Notes under the pieces: generated by a model
The model's input: only the letters and a program-made list of their open reading frames with translations
The model's database searches: none
What the model was told of the DNA's origin: nothing
Position numbers and translations under genes: made by a program
Part shown: in pieces, positions 1 through 7,294 of the stretch
Layout: the number at the start of each line of letters is the position of its first letter
How positions within the stretch are numbered: position 1 is the stretch's first letter
Assembly: GCA_043799105.1 (NCBI GenBank)
Contig: JAZDOB010000031.1
Location: 1 to 44,903 of the forward strand
Length of the DNA stretch: 44,903 nt
Reading direction: 5' to 3'
DNA from: Candidatus Zambryskiibacteriota bacterium
Lineage (GTDB): Bacteria > Patescibacteriota > Minisyncoccia > Phycocordibacterales > WO2-35-19

Positions 1-58
1 TTTTTATTGACTTCCCAACCAGTTTCAAATAGAGTAATGCCCAGACTGGAGGTGTAAG

Positions 59-547
59 TTGTTGAAACGAATTCGTGATTTCTTCCTGAACTGGAGACTC
101 AGAGTTGCTAATCTTTTAGCGTTTTTGAGTGTTGGTTTGATTCAGGGCCTTACCTCGATTGTTTTGGAAGTCTGGTGGCTTAGCTACGGATGGACGAACT
201 GGGGAGGAGTCCGGATTCCGTATTTTGCTATAAAGTTCTCCCTCGGGTCAGAAATCTCTCCCTACCTAAAAAAATTCCTCAAGAGGATGATTTACCGACG
301 GAGAATGAAGCACAAGAGAATCAGGAAGATCATTGCCGAGGGGCTAGTTCTTCCAATTTTTCAACAATCAACATTCCTCCTCAGCGCTCTTTGGATGGGC
401 CGGCAAGCAGAACAAACCTTATGGCTTACACTATTTTATTTCGTGGAAGCTTTCGGTTGCAGTCTCGTATATTGCCGAGTCCTGGAATGGTGCCAATTCA
501 TGATTGCCGGGATTAAAAACGGCAACGGAAACGGCAACAAAACATGA
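59..547 (+). CDS. hypothetical membrane protein (TTG start)
   Basis: 162-aa ORF. GGAGG at 48-52 lies 6 nt upstream of TTG 59. Several hydrophobic helices. The stop abuts a GC hairpin terminator. No family recognised. Confidence 0.45.
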   Translation: MLKRIRDFFLNWRLRVANLLAFLSVGLIQGLTSIVLEVWWLSYGWTNWGGVRIPYFAIKFSLGSEISPYLKKFLKRMIYRRRMKHKRIRKIIAEGLVLPIFQQSTFLLSALWMGRQAEQTLWLTLFYFVEAFGCSLVYCRVLEWCQFMIAGIKNGNGNGNKT

Positions 548-583
548 GCCCCCGGATTTTTGTCGGGGGCTCAGTTATTTTTT
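546..583. terminator. hairpin terminator between convergent ORF 59..547 and rpsT
   Basis: gagcccccg (546-554) pairs with cgggggctc (564-572). T-run 575-583 on +, T-rich tract on the complementary side. Confidence 0.6.
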
Positions 584-586
584 ACT

Positions 587-850
587 TTATTTCAAATTCA
601 GAGTTATTTTTATGAGACGAGATTTCTTGCGAGAAGCTGTATTTTTTTTGATGAGTCCCCTCTTTTCCGCCTTGTCTATCGCTTTCTGGAGTTTGGGAAT
701 GAGTTTCTGAGCTTCTTCTGTTTTTTTATTGGAGACAAGTTTTTTGTATTGTTTTATTACGCTTTGCATCTCGTCTTTTCTGCGCAAATTGAAAACCCTC
801 TTCCTTTTGGAAGAACGCAGCGCTTTTTTGGCAGATGATGTAATAGGCAT
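587..850 (-). CDS. rpsT: 30S ribosomal protein S20
   Basis: 87 aa, very basic; the N-terminus MPITSSAKKALRSSKRKRVFNLRRK and the length are typical of bS20. Confidence 0.9.
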   Translation of the reverse strand: MPITSSAKKALRSSKRKRVFNLRRKDEMQSVIKQYKKLVSNKKTEEAQKLIPKLQKAIDKAEKRGLIKKNTASRKKSRLIKITLNLK

Positions 851-898
851 AACAGAAATAAACTAACATATATAAGAGTTTTGTGCAATAATAGGAGC

Positions 899-1465
899 AT
901 GTTTGGGCATATTACGGGCAAAATCTTTGACCTAAAGGGTACTAAAACCATTGTAAACGCTCACGGTATAGGTTTTGTGATACATAGCACTCCTTCATAC
1001 TTGAGCAAGTTAAAAACGGGGCAAGAAGCCAGTTTTTGGACCCATACCGCCGTACGCGAAAATTCTATGGACCTGTACGGATTTGAAACCGAAGAAGAGC
1101 TCAGGGTTTTTGAACTTTTGATTACAGTTTCCGGAGTAGGTCCTAAATCGGGACTCGCCATACTTTCGGTCGCCGGAGTCAAGTCAATAGAAGAAGCGGT
1201 TGCAACGGGAGACACCTCCTCTCTCACCAAAATTTCAGGCATAGGCAGGAAAACAGCTGAGAAAATTGTTTTGGAATTAAATGGAAAATTGATTACAGCC
1301 AGAAAGGGAGAAAGCAAGACCGGTGAAGATATTGATGTCTTTGAGGCTCTTAAATCTCTCGGCTACAGAGAAAGAGACATACAAGAGACAATAAAAAGTC
1401 TGCCCAAAGATTTGTCCGGAGCCAATGAAAAAATAAAATACGCCCTTAAGAATTTAGGAAAATAA
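899..1465 (+). CDS. ruvA: Holliday junction branch migration complex subunit RuvA
   Basis: MFGHITGKIF N-terminus; helix-hairpin-helix segments VSGVGPKSGLAILS and ISGIGRKTAEKIVLEL. ATG 899 preferred over the in-frame TTG 881 of the ORF track. Confidence 0.9.
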   Translation: MFGHITGKIFDLKGTKTIVNAHGIGFVIHSTPSYLSKLKTGQEASFWTHTAVRENSMDLYGFETEEELRVFELLITVSGVGPKSGLAILSVAGVKSIEEAVATGDTSSLTKISGIGRKTAEKIVLELNGKLITARKGESKTGEDIDVFEALKSLGYRERDIQETIKSLPKDLSGANEKIKYALKNLGK

Positions 1466-1466
1466 A

Positions 1467-2795
1467 ATGCATGAATCAAGAACTCTGGAAAAAATATTGA
1501 GAATTGGGAGAAAAATAATTCCAAAAAAAATTTTTAAACTCGCCCAGCCCATTTATCACTACAAATTAGCTCTGCTTGGCGCTATCATTTATCGTTTCCC
1601 TGCCAAGAAACTCACCGTCATAGGAATAACCGGCACGAAAGGCAAGACTACTACGGTAGAATTAGTAAATGCCATTTTAGAGGAGGCCGGATATAAAACC
1701 GCTCTTGCAAGCACTTTGAGATACAAGATTGGAGAAAAAGAGTGGAGAAATATGTTTAAAATGACTCTCCGCGGCAGATTTTTCACTCAAAGTTTTTTAA
1801 GGCAAGCCTTGGATGCTGGCTGTACTCACGCCGTTATTGAAATGAGCTCAGAAGGGGTGCCTCAATTTAGGCACAAGTTTTTGTTTTTGAATACTCTTAT
1901 TTTCACCAACCTGGCGCCAGAACACATCGAATCCCACGGCTCTTATGAAAATTATTTGAAAGCAAAATTAGAAATAGCAAAAGAAGTAAAAAACGCAATC
2001 ATCGCAAACATAGATGATAAAGAGGGACAAAAGTTTTTGGACTTAAATATAAAAAATAAAATCCCCTATTCTCTCAGCGATGCCATAAATGTAAAAGCTA
2101 ACGAGAAAGGCTCTTCTTTTCAAATTGATAAAACGGTAATCCACAGCAAATTGCCCGGCACTTTCAATGTCTACAATATGTTGGGGGCCATTGCTTACGC
2201 AAGATTCGCCGGCATATCACCAGAAATAATAAAAAAGGGTCTTGAAGAAATAAATTTTATAAGAGGAAGGATGGAAAAAATAAATGAGGGACAAGATTTT
2301 GATGTTGTCGTTGATTATGCTCATACGCCTGATTCACTCAAAGCAATTTATGAAACATATCACAGTTGTAAAAAAATCTGCGTACTTGGAAATACCGGCG
2401 GGGGCAGAGACAAATGGAAAAGGGAGGAGATGGGCAAAATTGCTGACAAATATTGCGACCAGATTATCCTCACCAACGAAGATCCTTACGACGAAGACCC
2501 GACGGAAATTGTTGAGGATATAAAAAAAGGAATTAAAAAGAAACCGGTTGAAATAATTATGGATAGGCGCGAGGCGATACATAAGGCTATAAGGCTTGCT
2601 TTCGACCTCACCCCGCGCTACGCGTCGCCCTCTCCTTGTGAAGGAGAGGGAAAAATTGATACGAGAGGGAAAGTTGCAGTGCTTATCACAGGCAAGGGTA
2701 CCGACCCTTACATAATGGGCCCCAACGGCTCCCGCATGGAATGGGACGACGCCACCGTAGCAAGAGAAGAGTTGAAAAAAGTTTTGAGGAAATAA
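1467..2795 (+). CDS. murE: Mur ligase, MurE-type (UDP-MurNAc-L-Ala-D-Glu:diamino-acid ligase)
   Basis: P-loop GITGTKGKTTT; DYAHTPDSL, NTGGGRDKWKR, LTNEDPYDEDP and ITGKGTDPY match MurE-type motifs. Carries an in-frame GC-rich palindromic insert at 2604-2650. Confidence 0.8.
   Translation: MHESRTLEKILRIGRKIIPKKIFKLAQPIYHYKLALLGAIIYRFPAKKLTVIGITGTKGKTTTVELVNAILEEAGYKTALASTLRYKIGEKEWRNMFKMTLRGRFFTQSFLRQALDAGCTHAVIEMSSEGVPQFRHKFLFLNTLIFTNLAPEHIESHGSYENYLKAKLEIAKEVKNAIIANIDDKEGQKFLDLNIKNKIPYSLSDAINVKANEKGSSFQIDKTVIHSKLPGTFNVYNMLGAIAYARFAGISPEIIKKGLEEINFIRGRMEKINEGQDFDVVVDYAHTPDSLKAIYETYHSCKKICVLGNTGGGRDKWKREEMGKIADKYCDQIILTNEDPYDEDPTEIVEDIKKGIKKKPVEIIMDRREAIHKAIRLAFDLTPRYASPSPCEGEGKIDTRGKVAVLITGKGTDPYIMGPNGSRMEWDDATVAREELKKVLRK
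2604..2650 (+). repeat. GC-rich palindromic repeat (GACCTCACCCC...CCCTCTCC-loop-GGAGAGGG) inserted in frame in murE
   Basis: gacctcaccccgcgctacgcgtcgccctctccttgtgaaggagaggg; hairpin ccctctcc/ggagaggg at 2628-2650. Same head and hairpin as copies at 8689-8747 and 25531-25574 (reverse strand). Translates to DLTPRYASPSPCEGEG. Confidence 0.7.
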
Positions 2796-2796
2796 A

Positions 2797-3651
2797 ATGC
2801 CCGAACTACCTGAAGTAGAAACAATTGTAAAAGACTTGAAGAGGTTTGTACCGGGATTAAAAGTCACGGATGTTTGGGCTGATGTTTTGAAATTTAAAAA
2901 AATAAAAAAAGATGTTGTTGGAGAAAAAATTTTGGGAGTTGAGAGAAGAGGAAAAAATATTCTGATTGGTTTAACTCGCAATAAAACTCTCCTTGTCCAT
3001 CAAAAAATGACGGGGCACCTGATGTACGGCAAGTGGAAATTGGAAAACAAGATTTGGAAAAGTGTTTTGCCGGGAGCCATGCGCGACGATCCCGAAAATC
3101 GTTTTATCCACCTTCTCCTTTTTTTGAGGAACGGCCGCCAACTTGCACTTTGCGATATGAGGAAGTTTGCAAAGGTCGTAGTCATTCCTACAGAAGAAAT
3201 TTCAAAAGAATTTGAAAAAATGGGGCCTGAACCGTTTGATAAGAAATTTAATTTCAAGAAGTTTTATGAAATTATAAAAAACAAAAACGGAAAAATAAAA
3301 ACCGTCTTGATGGACCAAAATGTCATCGCCGGCATCGGCAATATCTATTCGGATGAAATATTGTGGTTGGCCGGCATTCACCCGCTCAAAAAAACTTCAG
3401 ACCTGAAAGAGAGCGAGTTCAAAAAAATATACCGGTCAATAAAACCTATTCTAAGCAAAGCCATCAGAGCTCGCGGGAGTTCTTATATTGATTACCGCGA
3501 TGCACAAGGAAAAAAAGGAAGGTATCAGGAAATGCATGTCGCCTACCAAAAGACAGGCACAAAATGCAAGAAGCGTGACGGCGGAGTAATAAAAAAGATA
3601 AGGGTGGGTGGCCGTTCGGCCCACTTCTGCCCTGTCCATCAGAAACTATGA
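2797..3651 (+). CDS. mutM: formamidopyrimidine-DNA glycosylase
   Basis: MPELPEVETI N-terminus (catalytic Pro2/Glu3); H2TH-like GIGNIYSDEILW. The C-terminal finger is only partly conserved (KCKK...FCPVHQ). Confidence 0.88.
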   Translation: MPELPEVETIVKDLKRFVPGLKVTDVWADVLKFKKIKKDVVGEKILGVERRGKNILIGLTRNKTLLVHQKMTGHLMYGKWKLENKIWKSVLPGAMRDDPENRFIHLLLFLRNGRQLALCDMRKFAKVVVIPTEEISKEFEKMGPEPFDKKFNFKKFYEIIKNKNGKIKTVLMDQNVIAGIGNIYSDEILWLAGIHPLKKTSDLKESEFKKIYRSIKPILSKAIRARGSSYIDYRDAQGKKGRYQEMHVAYQKTGTKCKKRDGGVIKKIRVGGRSAHFCPVHQKL

Positions 3652-3689
3652 ATATCCAAAATCAAAATGCTCGGGTATAATAAAGAAGA

Positions 3690-4625
3690 ATGAAAGACAT
3701 AAAAGAACCGGCTTTAATAATTTTAGTTTTGTTTATCTTGATAGGGCTCGCTTATAGTCCGCTCAAAAAAGCCAACTTAAACAAAAGCAGTAATGCCAAC
3801 CCGTCTTCTTCCATAGGAACCACTCCTAAAAATTTGGGAAGTTCGCCAAACAAAAGCGTCGCTGAAAATATAAAAAAGGCGGAAAGTGATCTGAAAAAAT
3901 TAGAAGGAAATCTCAGCAAAAAAATAGATGAGAGCAATCGTTCCCCGTATTACGGCAAAATCAGAATGTCAAACATATCGGGACGCAATCAACCCGACCC
4001 GAATAGGGAATATTTCTCCCTTTCCACCAGTCTCAAAAAAGAAGAGACCGTAAAAATAACAGGGTGGTATTTAAAAAGCGAGGTCACGGGGTATTACGCC
4101 GTCATAGGCAAGGCTTCTTTACTGCCTTTCCCTTTCACTAAAACAGAAAGTGATGTAGTCCTAGAGCAGAGCGACAAGGCCTACGTCACCAAAGGATTCT
4201 CTCCCATTGGCATTGCGTTTCGCACCAATAAATGCACCGGCTTTTTTGAAGAAAACAGAACTTTTACTCCCGGTCTTTCTTTGCAGTGTCCCCTTCCAAA
4301 AAGCGAGAAACTGCCAAATTTTTCCAGTGTCTATGATAGAAATGACGAGTGCCTGAATATTATAGAAAGAATACCGCGTTGTGTTACCAAAGACAGCGAG
4401 TTCATAAGGGGCCTGCCCGATACGGTATCTTCCGCTTGTAAAACTTATATAACCACTCAAATAAATTACAATACCTGTGTCGCCCTGCATTTTAGCGACA
4501 CGGATTTTCCCGGCAAGGAATATCGTCTCTTTTTAAATAAATTCGGCCCTCTCTGGCGTCCGCTTCACGATACTATAAACCTCCACGACGAAAATGGTTT
4601 GGTGGTGGATACTATTTCATATTAG
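3690..4625 (+). CDS. hypothetical membrane-anchored/secreted protein, Cys-containing C-terminal half
   Basis: 311 aa with an N-terminal hydrophobic helix (ALIILVLFILIGLAY). TATAAT at 3676-3681 lies 8 nt upstream of the ATG. No family recognised. Confidence 0.6.
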   Translation: MKDIKEPALIILVLFILIGLAYSPLKKANLNKSSNANPSSSIGTTPKNLGSSPNKSVAENIKKAESDLKKLEGNLSKKIDESNRSPYYGKIRMSNISGRNQPDPNREYFSLSTSLKKEETVKITGWYLKSEVTGYYAVIGKASLLPFPFTKTESDVVLEQSDKAYVTKGFSPIGIAFRTNKCTGFFEENRTFTPGLSLQCPLPKSEKLPNFSSVYDRNDECLNIIERIPRCVTKDSEFIRGLPDTVSSACKTYITTQINYNTCVALHFSDTDFPGKEYRLFLNKFGPLWRPLHDTINLHDENGLVVDTISY

Positions 4626-5147
4626 CGAATACAAAACCACTCCGGCGCAGACAGCGACATTAAGAGATTCTTTGCTACCACGCATAGGAAGTTCGGCAAT
4701 AATATCGCAAAGTTTTAAATCCTCTTTTGATAATCCCTCCACTTCGTTTCCAAAAACTAGGGCGAGATTATAGTTTTTAGATTTTAGATAATAGTTTTTT
4801 AATTTGCGATAATCTATGGCTCTTTTGTCTTGTTCAACAGCAACCACTTTCGGAGCTGAAAAGCTCTTCTGGAAGCGAGATATGCGTAGCATCTGGGAGC
4901 GGACAGAAGAACTTTTCAGCTTTTTAATTGCCTCCTTCAAATTTTCAAACTTCTCCCACTCCACAAATTTCTCCGCCCCCAAAGAAGCTTTGGTAAGCCC
5001 TTTGTTTTCTCTTCCAAACCTGTCAATCGGAGTCGGGGTATAACCGCATAAAATTATTTTTGAAACACCGGTAGCATCGGCCGTTCTGAAGATAGAGCCG
5101 ACATTTTCGTTGCTTCTTATGTTGTTTAAAATGACAATTATTTCCAC
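4617..5147 (-). CDS. SpoU/TrmH-family RNA 2'-O-methyltransferase
   Basis: NVGSIFRTADATGV, LVFGNEVEGLS and ELPMRGSKESLNVAVCAGVVLY match SpoU motifs 1-3. Confidence 0.8.
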   Translation of the reverse strand: MEIIVILNNIRSNENVGSIFRTADATGVSKIILCGYTPTPIDRFGRENKGLTKASLGAEKFVEWEKFENLKEAIKKLKSSSVRSQMLRISRFQKSFSAPKVVAVEQDKRAIDYRKLKNYYLKSKNYNLALVFGNEVEGLSKEDLKLCDIIAELPMRGSKESLNVAVCAGVVLYSLI

Positions 5148-5165
5148 AACTGCTATAATACAGCC

Positions 5166-5570
5166 ATGTTAAATCCATTTCCAGACCTGCTCATCTATTC
5201 ACTCTTAGCGCCTTTCATTTTGCGCATAGTGGCGGGGCTTATATTTATAAACCTGGGAATTCTGGCTTTTAAAAATGAGAAGGAAAGGTGGGTTATTTCT
5301 CTTTCAACTCTTAGCATTCCAAATCCAAAAGTTGCAGTCAAGATTTTCGGGGCTATAGAAATTATAAGCGGTATATCGCTCATTTTGGGTTTTTATACCC
5401 AAATCGCTGCTCTCATTCTTGCTCTTGTCACTTTTGCTGAGGCTTATGTCGAATACAAAGATCCGGCAATTTTAAAAAGAAATTTTGTTTTTTATTTGAT
5501 GCTTCTTGCCATTACCCTCTCCCTCCTCCTCTCCGGCGCCGGCGCCTTCGCAATAGATTTGCCGCTGTAA
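5166..5570 (+). CDS. DoxX-like membrane protein
   Basis: 134 aa with four hydrophobic helices in a DoxX-like layout. TGcTATAAT at 5151-5159 ends 6 nt before the ATG (leaderless geometry). Confidence 0.65.
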   Translation: MLNPFPDLLIYSLLAPFILRIVAGLIFINLGILAFKNEKERWVISLSTLSIPNPKVAVKIFGAIEIISGISLILGFYTQIAALILALVTFAEAYVEYKDPAILKRNFVFYLMLLAITLSLLLSGAGAFAIDLPL

Positions 5571-5576
5571 AATTTG

Positions 5577-5649
5577 TCCGCCCAGTAGGAATCGAACCTA
5601 CGACCATTTGCTTAAAAGGCAACTGCTCTACCGACTGAGCTATGGGCGG
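5577..5649 (-). tRNA. tRNA-Lys (anticodon UUU)
   Basis: The reverse complement folds as a cloverleaf: acceptor CCGCCCA/TGGGCGG, D arm GCTCAGTCGGTAGAGC, anticodon loop CTTTTAA, T arm GTAGGTTCGATTCCTAC, discriminator A. No encoded CCA. The 1:72 pair is C:G. Confidence 0.85.
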
Positions 5650-5868
5650 ATATCTCAGAAACAGTAGCAAATATAACACATAATATTTAAAAATAAAATT
5701 CATGGAATAGACACAACGAAAGCCCCGCGCGTTTTGATATTATAATGGCGCGGGGCTTTCATATTAAATTGTGTTGGTTTTGTTTGTAGCCGCCCCACCG
5801 GGCGGAGCTCTGGAAAGGCGTACACTTGGAGCATTTTTTGGATCTTGTTTTTGCATAACTTTTAATTA

Positions 5869-5897
5869 TTGCCAATACACCCTTTATGACCTACAAT
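5869..5897 (+). promoter_or_regulatory. sigma-70-type promoter for the ECF sigma gene
   Basis: TTGCCA (5869-5874), 17-nt spacer, TACAAT (5892-5897). Confidence 0.5.
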
Positions 5898-5949
5898 TGT
5901 CACCGGAAGTTACGAAGTAACATTTTTAATAAGCTGACGGTCGTACTAC

Positions 5950-6516
5950 ATGACGTTGGTTGTATATATGCATACATATATGAGTGACGAAGACATATTA
6001 AAATCTTCATATAAAAAACCCTCCCGTTTCGGGGAGCTTTTCGATCGCCACAACAAACGATTCTTAAAAATCGCAGAAAGAGCTCTCAGATCAAAAGATG
6101 ACGCCGAGGACGCAGTCCAAGAAGCTTTTGTAAAAATTTACAAATATGGCAAAAAATTTCCTTCAAACGGAGGCAAGTTTGCGCCTTGGTCCAATACTAT
6201 ATTAAGAAATTGTATTGCTGACCAAATAAACAAGTACAAAAATTCAACAGTGACAATAAATGAGGAGATCGAAAACACCGCTTTGGATTTAAACCAGTTG
6301 GAGAGCACTTTGGGAGATGTTGGGTATGTCCGGTTTATTTTGAAAAAAATAGATAGTGCGGCTGCCGAGATAATAAACTTGCGATATATTTTAGGAAAAT
6401 CATTTAAAGAAATCGCTAAAATATTGAATATAAAAAACAGCACCGCCAGAGTAAGGGTCCACCGATCAAAAAAGATATTTGCAAGAGCTTATAAACAATT
6501 TGATAATCAATTATGA
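5950..6516 (+). CDS. ECF-type RNA polymerase sigma factor
   Basis: Region 2 (DAEDAVQEAFVKIYK) and region 4 (FKEIAKILNIKNSTARVRVHRSKK). Start ambiguous (ATG 5950, 5968 or 5980). Confidence 0.8.
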   Translation: MTLVVYMHTYMSDEDILKSSYKKPSRFGELFDRHNKRFLKIAERALRSKDDAEDAVQEAFVKIYKYGKKFPSNGGKFAPWSNTILRNCIADQINKYKNSTVTINEEIENTALDLNQLESTLGDVGYVRFILKKIDSAAAEIINLRYILGKSFKEIAKILNIKNSTARVRVHRSKKIFARAYKQFDNQL

Positions 6517-6854
6517 ATAACATTTTAAATTTGAAAAAACGAGTCATGGCTCGTATTTACATAGAATACACGAGAAGGTTTCTCTGGGAACACCCCGACT
6601 ATCTTATGTTTGCATTATTTCTGGCGGCTTCTTTTATGCTCATATCCATACACGATGTTTTGAATAATGTTCCCAAAGATAATTTGTCCGGTTTCTTTAA
6701 TTTTTTTGTAGTCGCCATTAGGAATACCAGTTTGGTTATACAAATACTAATTGCCGGATTTCTTGCAAGAGTTGTGATCGGTGGCGGAATATTGGCTTAC
6801 AAAAACATAAATACCAGATGGCCGATCGCCAAACTGATAAGATTCAGGTATTAA
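6513..6854 (+). CDS. small membrane protein, possible anti-sigma partner
   Basis: ATGA start/stop overlap with the sigma gene; two or three hydrophobic helices. The function is inferred from position only. Confidence 0.45.
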   Translation: MNNILNLKKRVMARIYIEYTRRFLWEHPDYLMFALFLAASFMLISIHDVLNNVPKDNLSGFFNFFVVAIRNTSLVIQILIAGFLARVVIGGGILAYKNINTRWPIAKLIRFRY

Positions 6855-7279
6855 AACACGCCCAGAAGAGTTTTTTCTATTGCAATATCAAGTTCATCAC
6901 CCCCCATACGGGAGTAGTGATATATTCCTACAAGTTTAGTATAAAATTTTTTAAGGTCTTCTCCCTGCCAATTTTTAATGTCTCTTTTTGATTTGTCGTA
7001 TGGATAGTCTTTCAATATGCCCAGATCTTCTTTGCCGGCCCCCATTGATATGGCTACCATATCTCTTACTTTGGAAATAATTTTATAAACCAGATCCTCG
7101 GCTTCTATACCGCTAAATCTCAGTTTTTCATATTCCAGCCACATTTTTTTTACATTTTTTTCCCCTATTGCGTCTTGCAAGGCAAACGGGCTAAAGCCAA
7201 AAATTCTCCCCTTTGGTTTGGTTTCTTTTGCTTCTTCCATCATTTCCTCGCATTCTCCAAACAAATTTTTATTTTTCAT
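6851..7279 (-). CDS. hypothetical protein (weak resemblance to DNA pol III delta C-terminal domain)
   Basis: 142-aa ORF in the polA operon direction. The helical C-terminal part resembles HolA by eye only. Confidence 0.4.
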   Translation of the reverse strand: MKNKNLFGECEEMMEEAKETKPKGRIFGFSPFALQDAIGEKNVKKMWLEYEKLRFSGIEAEDLVYKIISKVRDMVAISMGAGKEDLGILKDYPYDKSKRDIKNWQGEDLKKFYTKLVGIYHYSRMGGDELDIAIEKTLLGVF

Positions 7280-7294
7280 TTTGAAATTTGATAT

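Noticed and set aside
5512-5703. ORF 5512..5703 (-)
   Set aside because: It is superimposed on the tRNA-Lys gene and on the DoxX-like gene's 3' end. The Arg/Gly run is an artefact of the antisense GC-rich end of that gene.
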